Assembly: GCF_009914755.1 (NCBI RefSeq)
Contig: NC_060947.1
Source: the human T2T-CHM13v2.0 reference genome, Homo sapiens
Strand: one strand, 5' to 3'
Length of the DNA stretch: 64,000 nt
A program made the translations under genes and the position numbers. This document shows, in pieces, positions 1 through 13,602 of the stretch; within the stretch, counting starts at the first letter, position 1, and every line of letters begins with the position of its first letter. Under the pieces are notes generated by a model, which did no database searches, was not told the DNA's origin, and worked only from the letters and a program-made list of their open reading frames with translations.

Positions 1-2681
1 AGATAACTGATTAGGGTTTCATCAACTTGTACTGTGCCGGCAGCGCACCAGCATTCTGGTTGTTCCGGCGACAGGGCAAAGGGATCAGGATGGGAGGGCG
101 TGTGCTAAGGCATGTAAATAGATACACACAGAGAGAAAGAAAAGCAGGACATTTACAAAGAATCCAAACCTTTCCAATCCCTTCAGCTCCTGGGTGTTGA
201 GGGACACCTCCTGCACAAACGCTCTTGCAAGCTAAGGCTCTGCTGTACCCTGCAAATACTTACAATTGGATACGGTGAAATATACAACAACCATTAACAT
301 CTCTCTCTTTTTATCACTGAGACAATACTTCAACACCTTTTATAAAAAGGCAATAATACATACAGAAAAAAGAACACGTTGGCAAAACTTTATGCAAAAC
401 CACCCCAGAACTGAGTTTGAATGGCGACGTGCCTACACTGCAATTAAACACGATACTCGGGTCTTAGCACGTGAGGATTGGGCGGCCTTCACATCAGTCA
501 CGCTGCCTGCTGCACCCGGCAGCCGCCTACCTGCCTGCACAGATGACATTCCGGGAAACAGCTAAGACTGGAAATCAATTCCCCCAATTCTTGGTCTCTT
601 CCAAATAAAAAAAAAATAGGGGGAGCCACTCACTGTGGAGGAATGCCTGTTTCTGTTCCCAAGGACAATTCTCGCTACAGAGGTTGTACTTCCTCTGGGT
701 CCAGAGAGGGTCACCCCTAAGCCTCTGTCAGTAAGAACACTGGCGTGTTCTCTCAGTCACACACCAGAGAGAATGGAGCTAACACATAAGTAGCAGCTAA
801 ATTCTGAGTTTCTGAGCATACGCAGAGATGGAGTTGTGCTTGGGGCCAGAAAGGAGGTCTCCTGTGTGGTGACAAACATCTCTTTCCATTTTCTTTTGCT
901 CAGTCCATTTGCACAGGTTCGAGGGAGTTGATGGAGGGTCAGACGAGAGGTGGTGGGAGCTCAGGATTTTCTATTCCCACAAAGAGCTAAGACTTAGGAG
1001 TGCTGGCCCCAGAGATGGTGCGGCCCTCTTTCTACTTCTGTTTCTGTGGGCTCTGTCTGCCCACCTGCTGCACAAAGCAAGGCAGGGGAAAGACCGGATG
1101 GGAACATGGTGGTGAATATCCTCTTTTTTTCCCTTTTCCCCCACTTCCTGGATGTAGGTGACAGCTAAACTTCACCCACTAAGCTGGAAAATCTGGGACT
1201 CCCCATAGCTCCAAGTTTAAGGCAAACTGATGTGTGTGTGCACAGGCAAAGCCAATCAAGCCATGAGCTTGGAGGAGAGTCCTGTATCCAGAGATTCCAA
1301 ACAGAGAGGGAAATCTTATTTCTAAAGGAGTTAGAAAAGGAAAGGCTCTGGCAAATGAAATGATCTGTGATTAAAGCTTGTAGCCTTTCTGTAAGCTGCA
1401 GTGAGAAGGAAAGCATCTTTTAATAGAAGAATTAATTAGAGGCGCAGAACAAGAAAGCCACGCTCAGGGACCTTTAACTTATTACAGCCTGTAATCGCTC
1501 TCAGTATTGTAAGCCCTAGTCAAGAGGATGGAATTAGGAGGCTGTGTTCAGTTCTGAGAAAACAAGAAACACACACGAGTTTGATAATAGGAAGCAAGAA
1601 GGAGGAGGGATGAGGATGACAAGGAGCTTGGTTTTGGAATGCCGATTCCAAGGTGCCTTCTCTTTTCAAAGAGACAGTGTGGGAGGCATTTCTATTAAGA
1701 ATTTGTTAATCAAGCAGTTTTCTTGGTAGCTTTAGCAACACATTCTCTTTGCCCCAAGTTAAGAAACTGGCCTGAAATGAAAAAAAAAAAGGACATGACA
1801 TCAGTGGGGGACAAAAGAGAGCTGGCTTTGGGCTGCCTTGTTTTTCAGGGGCAGTTTCCACGCTGGGAATCTTCCTGGAGGGTGGTTCAATTGACTAAAC
1901 TTTTTCAAGAAATAAACTTGAAGCCTTAATGAAGAGACAAATACAAGTGATTTAAAAACAAAAGAACTCTGCAGCGATCAGATCAAAGGCTGTAAAAAGG
2001 TAACAGTAGCTGCAGCCCAGGCCTGCCTGGAGCACAGGGGAAGGCTTGGCCCACTGGCTGTCTCTAGCAGCCTAAGAAGGAATTGGACGGGGAACAGGAA
2101 CACCTCCTGCATTTCTACTGCAGTGGGGGACTTTGCGACATCTTTAGATATTCTGCCACCAATAGGATGGGCTGGGACGATGCCTTCTGAATGCAAATAG
2201 CAAGAAGTAGGTCAACCATTTGTTTTCCTCTCTGAGCAAAGATTTTAAATCATCTCACCTGACAAGAGATACATTTAATTGCATTTAAAAAGGCTACAAT
2301 GTTATCTTGACACTGGGAAACTTCCAGATGAATTAAATTGAGTGACATTTCCCTTTTTAGCATTAAAATGGGATATGCTGTATGTGCAAAGTAATTACTG
2401 TCTTGTGACTGGAAAATCAGGACATTTCATCTTTTTAACAAAGAATTCAACATATAAAAACACTCCCTTTCTTGCTGTGGGGAATGGAGTTGGGTGGGGG
2501 AGAGAACCTTCAAAATGTGGCTCTCCAATACTTCAATTGACCACTAATAAGATTTAGTACTCTAAACATTCATTCTGGTCTTTAAAAGAAAGAAAGAAAA
2601 AAAAAGGTTCTGCTGATGGAATGGAAGCAGTAAAGAAGCTTTTAGCAATTTTCTCTGATTGCTTAGTGGACAATTGTAATG

Positions 2682-2688
2682 TAGCAGT

Positions 2689-2740
<52 letters not shown>
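2682..2740 (-). repeat. Trinucleotide repeat in the 3' UTR: (CAG)16 on +, read as (CUG)16-CUA-CUG-CUA in the mRNA
   Basis: Read directly: tag cag tag (2682-2690), then 16 uninterrupted cag (2691-2738), then caa. Confidence 0.97.
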
Positions 2741-2741
<1 letters not shown>

Positions 2742-4558
2742 TGTACTGAAATTACTCTGAATTCAGAAATGTAAGTATATGCAGCTAGGTCATAAAGACA
2801 CTGCTTTAGAGAAGACATGTATTAGTGGAATGGAACAGGTAACATCTTTGAGAAGTCAATGAGTTCTGCATGCAGGGATTTCACCATCGGAATGATGGCA
2901 AGAATGATGCCTGCCTGTGTGCTTCTCAGAGGACGTATAAAGCCACTGAGGATGAGTGCTACAGTGCTTGTGAATTGTGGGGCCACAGACATTTAAGTTG
3001 GCATTGCTTTTCTCCTCCTCTGCTTAATCCACCTTTATAAATATGGCAGATGGCTTAAGACAGGCATCATCAGCATCTCTGGAGATGTGGGCTCAAAGGG
3101 CAAGTGGGGGCGTGGGGGTTTCCACTAGAGGGAGGGAAGTTTCTGTTTCCCATGTGTTAGTTGTAGTTGTCTTTGTGCTTCACCAGAAAAGAGGTAGAGT
3201 GCGCACCTTCACACTAAGAGCCCGAAATTGTGGTCAGTACCATACCAGGAACGACTGTCTGGCCTTGGCATCTATCAGATTCGAATCAGTTCTAACACAG
3301 CCCTACCCAACTCTTTGAAGGTTTCTCTCTCTATCTAGTGTGAGACCACTGTTGAGCTTATCTCTGGTTTGGTGGCTTGGTCACCCCACTGTGGGGCCCA
3401 TACAGAAGTAGTTCACTCAATACCTTGTTAGTAAGTTGCAGACTCATCTGGTCACTGGCAAAGAACAACATCAGAAAAAAAAAAATCGCCACCATTTAAT
3501 AATAGGCGGTGGGGGGCGGAGGCGGGTATGGTGTTGACAATGTAAAAGAAGTATACTAATGCCTTCTCTGTTTGGTCCTTTAAGAGGAGCTGTTCAGCTC
3601 AGAACACACCCTGCACATCCTGCCAAGGCACAAAGTGACAAGGCCATCTAACCTACAAGAAGCAAAAAATGATGGTATGTTTTCAAGGATCACAGGTTAA
3701 TATAAGCACTTCACACCCTCACATGCTAATGAAAAACATTCTACTGACCTCTGGCAAAGAGTCTGAGAACCCCAGCCCGAATCTCCTGTATTGGAAGAAT
3801 GTGACTTCATGGAAGAGTTATGAGATGGTTAATGTCTCTAAAGCAACAAGGACAGATGATTCCCCTGTGCCAAGGGATACAGCAAGAGGAAGGAGAGACC
3901 ACAGGTGGCCTCCAGTACACCCGTGGCCCTTGGGCGCATGGCTCTGTGCGAGTCAGACGTGGTCCAGCTGTGCTCTGGCAGGCTACTTTGTCACCCTGCC
4001 AACTGATACTCACTCCTGGGCCTTCAAAGGTTCAATGAGCATCTAACAAATTATACAATTGTAAAGATTATCAGCTTGGAAGCCTGAACAAATCTATAAT
4101 GAAATGAAGGACCCAAAGGCATTTAATTATTGAACACATAAAAGGAAGTATATTTAAAAAAAATTGGTCAAACTGTCCTGTTAGTTATCATTTTAAAGGA
4201 ATTTACAGGGCTGTTATAGATGATTCTTTTGGAATATTTCAGTTTATAGCAAATGCCTAAACTGGTTTCTTCATTGCACAGTATTTTCTCTTAAAATGGG
4301 TGCTTTAAAACAATTACATACAGATTAAAAATCATTTCTTTGCTTAATTAAAACGTTAATACTCTTAGACAACACAGATCTGAAATGGTGAAACCAGCAA
4401 TTCCCCCCACCCCACCTTACAACAAATTAAATTGAGACAAAATTACAAACACATTTCACTACATGATTATTATTAATAAAAATCAGTTTCTTTTTTTTTA
4501 TAAAGTTGCCCAAAATGCAAGGGATGTGCATAGGTTTACAACTTAGTCATAATAGCAT

Positions 4559-5115
4559 TTTATTCTTATTCCCCTGGGTGTGCCCCATGAACGGAATGTA
4601 GAATGTACTTTGCTGTAGATTACAGATTGTTTTGTCCAACACAGACACACCGACAGCATAAACGCTCGCGACTGTCCACATGCATTAAGAGTCAAGACCC
4701 AACTTCAAATCTCTAAAAGGTTTACAGGGTGCTTCAAAGAGACAGTATCACATTATCTGGATGTTACATAAAGGACTTAAAAAAAAATACTATTCTAAAA
4801 AAAAAAAAAGAGAGAAAAAAGGCCTTTAAAAATTTATGACTGTTTTGTAATCACTACACTAATTATTTCAAATAAATAAAGGAAAGAAAGATATCCCAAT
4901 ATTCCAATCCATAAAATCAGACTCTAAAAAGAATGTAGTGTTCCACCCCCAGTCAAGGTAACAGAATCATTGTTTATTATTATTAAAATAGATTATAGAA
5001 AGCAGCATCTATTTTGTGCAGTTTTTAGGGGCCTTGGAAATAAAAAGCTATGATTTCCAAAAATATAACATTCCAAAGGATTGAATAATACATACATTTA
5101 AAGATACATTTTATT
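4559..5115 (-). terminator. Cluster of candidate proximal polyadenylation signals (AATAAA on minus strand)
   Basis: tttatt on + at 4559-4564, 4973-4978 and 5110-5115, in AU-rich context 220-780 nt after the stop. Usage not shown. Confidence 0.45.
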
Positions 5116-5337
5116 AAAGTTTAGGAGAACTGATTAAAAAAGATACTGTCTCTTTAAATTAGTGTGTAATTGTTTTTCTCCTCCTATCTATTCGGACATG
5201 ACAATAATTATAAATGTAGGTCACACTACAACTAGGTAGTCTCTAGGGACCATGACCTGCTGACACAAGGCCGATAACAAAGAGGCTTTTCCACAAATGA
5301 GGTGCTCCCAGTTATGCTCAGATATCTGGGGAGAGGC

Positions 5338-5514
<177 letters not shown>

Positions 5515-8500
5515 CTAAATGGTGATGAGATGGAGGTAGGGGTGGGCATGAGAGGAGGGAAAAGCAAACAGAAGAGAGAAATCAGTTGGATTCGTTCTCT
5601 TTTCACATTTTTGTTCATCCCAGTGTCAGAAACAGTCAAGGCCAGACCCTGATATGCCATATGCCAGCATGAGGCCAAGTCCGCTCCATGACAGAGGAGA
5701 CAGTGATTGCTCAACATGCAACAGAGGGTCCATGACAAAGCAGACGAACCAGAGAAAACAGATACTCTTCAGGAAACATGCCACCCCCACTCAGGCCTAG
5801 CTGTGCCTGTCCCCAGAGTCAGGCTTGGTAGGGCCATGCCAGGTGTGGGTTACAGTGGCTATGGTGGCCCAAACAGGCCAGCAGGAAGCCCCCCGCCCTA
5901 GCCTCAAGCCACTCTCCCAATTGGCGAGAGGGCTACGGTGGCAAGGCTGGAGCTCTTTGCCCCCGTCCCCTTGGTCCTCCACACTCACTGGAGCCAGGCC
6001 TCAGGGCCCAGCTGTGTTTGCACCAACAAGTCCCTGCCCTTGGATGACAAATTAAGTTGTATTTTTTCCTCTTCTACTTAAAGGTGCCACACGTTCTAGG
6101 AATTCAATTACATATAATGGCCCTCACTCAATAGCAGCTGATGCCAGAGGCAAAAGATCTTTGAGTGTTACAAATAATGGCTGGAATAAGGCTGTTTCCC
6201 CAATAAACAGCACCTGGCATCTGATGAATCCCCCCAAATTGGTCTGCATTAGAAGTGGCTAGACAAATGTCACTGTTCGTAGGTCCTCATATCTCTTATG
6301 AAAAAAACAGAAGGAAGAGAACTCTAGGGAGTACTGAACTCTAGGGAGGTTTGCTGCAACAAAGGATGTTCCCTAAGCTGCAGCTTGCCACAGATTTTAA
6401 GAACTCTTGTAAGAGGGATCCAACAGGAGGAGGGAGTTTAGGGTCCCAGCTTTGTCATGCAAGTATAGCTTCTGCTACAGAGTGGCAGTTCTTTCAAGAC
6501 AGGGGTCTCTTAAGAGCCACCAGAAAGAAGTCTGCCTCTATATCTTCGCAAGTCATATTTGTCATGCTGAACTCCCAAAGGGCAAGTTCAACCTTGACAC
6601 TAGGGAACTTTGTGAGTCAAATTAACCACCCCCTACCTGCCAAACACTAGGTGGGTGAGCTCTTGGGCTGAGTCTTAAATATACATAGAGATAACGAAAT
6701 ACCTCTTTATTTGATTAGTGGCTATGTCTCCAGCTAGGGCATAAACTTGTCTTGTGTGCCCTGTAATTGCTGTGCCCCAGCATTAGGCATAGTGCCTTAC
6801 ACATAGTAAGTGCTTAATAAATGCTGTCAAAAGAACAAGCACTTGTCTGACTAGTGCCAGTCATTATAGGGTTTTACAAGTATTAAATCTAAAATCAAGA
6901 GACTGAGCAATTCTTCCAGGAAATTGGGGCCCTGGGTGACAGAGACAGATCTCCAGAGAAAATAAAAGATGCGGTACCTTCAAGGACCTAGGAGCCGTAG
7001 TACCCAGTACTGGCTTAGGGCCCCTCCCCTCCTCTCCTCTTCTCTAAAGCCCCTCTGTTATTGGCAAGAGACCTTTCCTGGGAGGCTGCTGGGAGGTCCA
7101 GGCAAGCCTCAGCTCTCTGGGTACAGCTCTCAAGAAAGGGGACTAGAAGTGAGATAAAGAGACTTGCTTGATTCTGTCCTGGCACTGCAGTGGGCATGCG
7201 CAGACACCACAGCAGACAGGAACTCAATCTTTTCTCTCAGGGCACTCTGAACCAAGAATGTCCTACCTGTTTTGTCCTCTTTTACTGGCATTTCAAAGCA
7301 GGACAGGGCATGCTTTGAATGTTAGTGTTAAGTACTACAGTGTAGATAAGACCCCAGTTAATCATCACCTTCTAGTTCGGCTTGCACTTAAAAAGCATAG
7401 TATTTTCACTGTGGCTTTACTTCATAATCAACACAATGCAAAAAACGCCATTTTAGCAAATGTGCATTCACCCAAAGACAGGAGTGCTTCCTACCAGGAT
7501 GAAAAGGAACAATTCCTACAACATCACTCTCTGGCACACGGGATTCTATTTGAATATATAGTCCTGAGCTTCAAAAACCACTAGCAGGGTTTATGATTTG
7601 CTCAGCAAGCTGGGCTGATGAAAATATTCAAGAAAATTTATGGCTGAAAGTATCACATTTTTAATGTAGGTCTCTTTACAGAAAAATAAAGCTCCCTCTT
7701 AAGAATCTTTTAAGACGAAGCTATATTTGTCAGTCTCTTCCTCGACAACAGCTTGTCTGTGTGCTTGACTCACACGTGAGCAGGGTTTAACTCAGTGAAA
7801 ACAAAATGCCTTTATTCTAACAGCAAAAGCAAGGATTTGTGGGAACAAAGTGTCTACATTCTAAATCTATTAAAAGAAACACGGCTGTATTTCACCACCT
7901 CCTAGCTGGTACTTACAGGCAATTTTCTGCACCATTTTGGCAGCTATGGAAAATTAGTAAAAGGGCAGGAAAACAGGCAAAACAAAAACAAAGCAAAGAT
8001 GATGATTCAAGAAAAATACATGGCAACTGAAGGATAAAAGCTAACCACAATGTGGAGTTTCAAACATGCTTATGTATTAAATAAGATGGGAAGGTAGAAT
8101 TTTACAAAGGAATATACCTCTTGCAGATGAAATGACAAAAACATAATGACGGAAAATATGAGTAACATAGGTAAATCAAAATCCTGAATCTTCCTTAAAG
8201 GTACACAAAGGGAAAATTTCCAAGCCATGATTTAATTAGATTTTAAGCTTGAGTGAGTTTAGGTCAGTGTTGACTGAACAGAGTCAATCAAGAGTCCTCT
8301 GATGATTTCTAGAAGCTGTGAAAGCAATGGTCTTCAGGATAACTTGGTATAAGAGTCTCCCCTTAACTAAGGAACCTACAGAAGATAGGCACTGCTACAC
8401 TTAGCAGACACATGGTAAGTACCCTTTGATCTGCTCAGCAATGGAAAACCTTCTAAGTCAGCAGCCAAGTCTCATGAGCACCATGTCTGTGGCAGTTTCT

Positions 8501-8841
8501 GACTTGAGCTGGCTTGACAGTGGACAGAGCTGATTTCTAGGTTTGGTAGTCTTCAGGGGCCTGGAGAGAAATTCCACAAAGGTTCCACTCCAGGGGCCAC
8601 ACAATCCCTATCCGGAGAGGGAATAGGCTGGCAGCCCTGGAGGTTGTGAGACACCTGGGATGCCTCGGTCCTGGTGGGAGTGAGGGTGTTTGTCCTCAGA
8701 TTTTAGAAGTCAGCTTACTGATAAGACTGTCCCATGTAGCATTCTATTCCACATCCCATTTCATCAGAGCAGCCTTGCTGCAAATGTAGACTGACACGCT
8801 TCTGACTGTGCTGGGGAGTAAGGCTTGATCCTTACAGCTTA

Positions 8842-9021
<180 letters not shown>

Positions 9022-9899
9022 CTATAAAAATTTTTATACAACTGAAAATTCCAAGCTCTTGGCTCAAATTTTTGGCAAGGTATTATTAAATTTACCAACT
9101 TTATACATAACTTATATTACTTTTTTTCTAAAGGATGGACAATAGCCATCAGAAAATAAAAGTTGGCAAACTGGACATTTTTCTTATGACTCATGAATCA
9201 ATCTATTTTTCTTCATAAAAGTTAACACTGATTATGTTGGTTAATGTTCATTTAAACCTGGCTATTAGTTTTAGCCTGAATTTTAATCAACAGGAAATGC
9301 ATTTAAGGGGAGACTTGGACCTGCCGGCTGGTTTTACCACTAATCTGGAGGCCACTCCCTCACATTTCAAATTTCAAATTGCTAGCCAAGGATTGCTAGC
9401 AAATCTGTCCACTGTAACTGTGTGTTGCTCTGCAGAAAAGCCCCCTGGGACTCCTGGGGAAGGGGGAACCTTGCCCAGGGCTGGAGTTAGGAGCCCTAGA
9501 CTTTGTGTCTTAGTCCTGTCGCTAAAGACACTGTGTGGCTGTGGGCAATGTATAGGCCCATGAGAAAATGCTGCACTCAAGACAGAAGGGCCTCTGAGAT
9601 CCCTTTCAGTTCCCTTCTAAGGCATTGAAAACCTCTAAATGCCAGCTACTAGTTTGGATAGATATACTGCAACGCTGCAGTCAGACGCTGTGGGAGTTGA
9701 TTCTGCTAAGGGATTACTGTTTCAGCTCCTCCCCAGGAGGATATGATTATCTTGGAGGTTACAAACTCCCTTCCAAGGAACAAAACCCAACACATACAGG
9801 TACCCAATTCACAAGTGACTGACATGTGATTAATTCATATGCGCTGGGGTAAATATCTTGCTGTCACTTACACAAGAATTTAACTATCCTGCTCCCCAC

Positions 9900-10560
9900 A
9901 TATTTTGCTCTCTAAATGGTCTTTAAATTTGCTTGCTTCACGCTATTCCTATTGCTCCATCTTTTGCCCAGCTTATTGTAATAGTAATTAGACTGGTTGC
10001 CCTGCCTCTGGTTTTGCTGCTTTCCAATCCATACTCTACCCTGCTACTGGAATGATCTTTCTGAAATTCAAAACCCATGGCTCCCCTGCTCAGAATTCAA
10101 CAGTTCCCTCTTGGCCTCAGGATAAAATGTATACTCCTCAGCATGAATGTCACCTCTCTCCCTCACAAGCATGCCTATGCTTAACCTCTTCAGCCTTTCT
10201 CTCTGCTCCTTTGGCTCCATGGACCAGCCTTCCTGAACTACTTTCAGTTCCAGAAAGGGCCAGACTCTCTCTGGCTTCCTGGCCTTTTGATTTACTACTC
10301 CCTCTGCCTGAACCTCCCATCCTCTCTTCCCCTTCCCCACTCACTCTTTTGCTTGGCTGAGTAATCCTTCAGAACTCAGTACTGATGCTCTTTTCTTTGG
10401 GAAGTCCTTTGTGAGCTCTGAGACCCTCCCATGTGCTCCTGAAGTACCCATCACGTGGGAAACCCAAGACCCCAGGGACTAGCGGGTACCCTCCTTGAAG
10501 GGAGGGACTGTGTCTTGTTCAGCTATCTCACTCATGCCCAATATGGCACCCAGCATAAAC
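9900..10560. mobile_element. L2 LINE relic
   Basis: L2-like blocks such as ttccaatccatactctaccctgctactggaatgatctttctgaaa and agggagggactgtgtcttgttc. Confidence 0.65.
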
Positions 10561-12094
10561 TGCCCTTATGAAAAAATTAAAATGTAAAAATAGTAGATAT
10601 AATTTGCACAGAATTTATCTTGTCTTTTAAGGCAGGTTCATCTACAGAGCACTCTACTCTCTTGGCTGAAGGGACTCTCTTAGCCTCTTTGTGTATACAG
10701 GCATGTAAGAGACAAATTTGACATGAAAGGTTCTTTCTTTTTTTAGTGCAAGGTTGGCTTTCACTAGGATTATATTTCTGAATTTTAGTCACACAGCATC
10801 TTCTTGTGGGTTGAGGGAGACTGGTACATTGTATTTATCCATCAAAGTTTTTTAACTCTTAAAGTCCTAGGCTCTGATTCTTCTGGTAAGAAAGCTCTTT
10901 AAGCTTGCATATGTTAATTTTTGAAAGAGGTAACTGGCAATTTCTTTGCCAATCCTTTTGTGGCTGAAGACTTAAGCCAGGAACAAACATTATGACAAAG
11001 TCCATATATAGCTCAAGCAAGCTAACAGGGATCTTCACTTAGAAATATCCTTTATGTCAGTATTATCTTAGGCCTTTTTTCCTTCCTTCCTATGCTCATA
11101 GATCAGGTGAATACAGGGTCAGCTGAGACAAGGTTTTCTCATCACCCCTACTCCCGGTCACACACATATACCCATCCCATAGCCTGCTTCTGGGCAACTG
11201 AGATGGGAAAGAATCCTATTTGCTTCTATCCCCAAAGCTACTCTAAGTGCTAGATGGAAGTCCACCCAGCCTGGATGCTGAACGGAACCCACAGATGAAG
11301 TAGAGAATGACACCCTGGGCATGAAATGGTTTTTTTCTGCACTCAGTGGCCCAGCCTGCCAGCTACCCAGTCCTTATCATGTTTTCCATTCCAGCTATCA
11401 CATTACAACAGCAGAAAACAAACTGCTTGGAACATTAGTTTAGCTTCCTGCAGATTGCCCATCTCTGCACTGCATTCACACCCTTGGTCTATATCCATAG
11501 ACTGCACTCACTGCATAAAACCATCAATGGTGGCCATGTTCCTCACATTGCCAAATGCCTCTTATGTCTACGAATCAGGTTATATTCCTTGATTTCCTTT
11601 TTTTTGCCCTGGTTGTCAGGAAGTTCAGAGCCAAATTTAATGTTTATCACAGTAACTAAAGTAGCCCTGTGGTTAGCATATTTGCTTTCTCCTCCTTTTT
11701 GTAGCTTTTTCTATTTCTATACTTTATTATTGTACTTTCAAAAATTCTAAGATGCCTCAAATCCTGATTGAGATTTTCCTGTCTAGTCAGCCTCATATTT
11801 TCAGCAGACTCACCACACATTTCCTCGCTTGTTCTTGAAGGTCTTTGGGCCATACTCTGCACTACTTACGGGTCTCAAGTGGGTGCCACTTTTGGTGCTG
11901 TGGTAGCCTGGCTGAGGTTCAGAGTTACTTCAGGGACAGGAAATGGAATTGCTCACAAGGATTCCCCTCTCTCAGGCAGTTAATAGGTGACTTAAAGATG
12001 AACTCTAAACCCTCTTCCTTTCTGACTCAGGATGAGGCACACATTTTTTAATGTTCATGGGCAAATATTTCTCTCCGAATCTCTCTGGGATTCG

Positions 12095-12206
12095 GAGAGA
12101 GAGACGGGGACAGAGAGAGAGACAGAGAGTGAGAGAGAGGGGGAGAGGCAGAGAGAGAGACAGAGAGAGAGAGAGAGTGTGTGTGTGTGTAGAGAGAGAG
12201 AGAGAA
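12095..12206. repeat. Compound (GA)n/(GT)n microsatellite
   Basis: Interrupted GAGA tract with an embedded GT run; explains the low-complexity ORFs at 12005-12271. Confidence 0.92.
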
Positions 12207-13019
12207 ACAGGGACAGATATGGACAGGGAGAGAAAGAGCACGCTCTAGAAAGATCACTGAAAGCATGCTAGATTCAGATAGTCAAAGTAACATTAATCTA
12301 ACATTTGTGGAGATAAATTGATTCTATGGCTTGGCTATGGCCAATAATTAATCTCAGGTTATTATCCTCAAGGAATAGAAACTCATTTGACCCAAGTGTA
12401 TAAGAGGCAGATATCTATTCTGGTTTGCAAACTTAAAAGGCACACAGAGGCAAGCATCTGAGTCATTTTGTACAAAAATCTAAGGGTTTAGGAAGAGTGC
12501 AGTGACCCCAGAACCCATCTCAAGAGAGATAACTGATTTCACAAAATAGTCTCTGGTTCAGAACCTGGCTCTTGTTTTAAAGTATGGATTCCTAACAAGA
12601 CTGTATGCTGCCTCTTGATGATGACCTCTTCCGCTGTGGGCAAAAGCAAAACTACAAATATTCTGCTACTATTAACTTTTTCATGCTACAAATGGATACA
12701 TCAGAATAAAGTTAAAATCTAAAACCATCACATTAAGCTCTGATTACACACTGGGGCTATTACAGTTTCAGCTTTAGGGGCACAGATTATTTTCTGAGCC
12801 ATAGCTTTATTTTCATGAGAAATAAATTCTACAGCTTTTCTTAGGTTTGACTGAATTACAGATTTTTCTGAATGTTAAGAAAAAATGAGGCTTTACATTG
12901 TACTACTATGGATAAGGTGAACCATCTTAAGGATTCCCAGGGTTACCTCTTCTAGGGTGGTACAGTGAAAGGAAGTGGGGATTTACTGTAAAAGAATAAA
13001 AATTTAAAAATCAACACAG

Positions 13020-13205
13020 TTCAACTTCACACCTCACTTTCAATTGGCTGTAAAGCCTTAATCGAGTCACAATTATGTTAAGCCTTGGTTTCTCCATCTA
13101 CAAAACTAGATACTGATCTCCAGCTCATAGGGTTACAAGGATTAGGTAAGGAGTCATAACGCCTGGCAAAATATACAGCACTATAAGAACATAATCTATT
13201 ACTAT
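13020..13205. mobile_element. MIR SINE relic
   Basis: MIR core-like gccttggtttctccatctacaaaa...ctcatagggtt. Confidence 0.6.
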
Positions 13206-13602
13206 TTTATGAGAAGCTAGGTTATTAATTTCTTTCTAGTTTAATGTCTTTACCATCATCCTCTAGCTTTAAAGTTGGACCACAACATCTTATCATATAG
13301 TATTATTAGACGTGCTCAATTGGGCCTCAGTTGTCTGAAATAAGATGGCATAAAGTATTAGACCTGTACTAAAAGAGCTGGACATGTGTTAGGTGGTTTT
13401 CCTATGGTCCACATGTAGTTTGGCAGAAGTGAGAGGATTCTAAAAAATGCCACAAGGCCCTTCTGTTATGGACAGTTTTGGATGTACAATGAGGAAGGAA
13501 TTTCATCCTCACCATCTTGTCTTCTGAATTGTATTCTTAGCTCCTGACCCTGTGCTTGACATATAATAAGGGCTTAATACAAGTTTGTTGGATTAAATTG
13601 TC

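Larger units (their letters stand above)
1..5337 (-). other. CASK: CASK 3' UTR (terminal exon, long form)
   Basis: Follows the TAG stop at 5338-5340. No Alu or L1 seen over 5.3 kb. AU-rich proximal part with several AATAAA/ATTAAA hexamers. The distal end is not defined by the sequence; CASK is known to have a long UTR. Confidence 0.8.

Noticed and set aside
12005-12271. RE-rich and SL-rich ORFs
   Set aside because: Translations of the GA/GT microsatellite.
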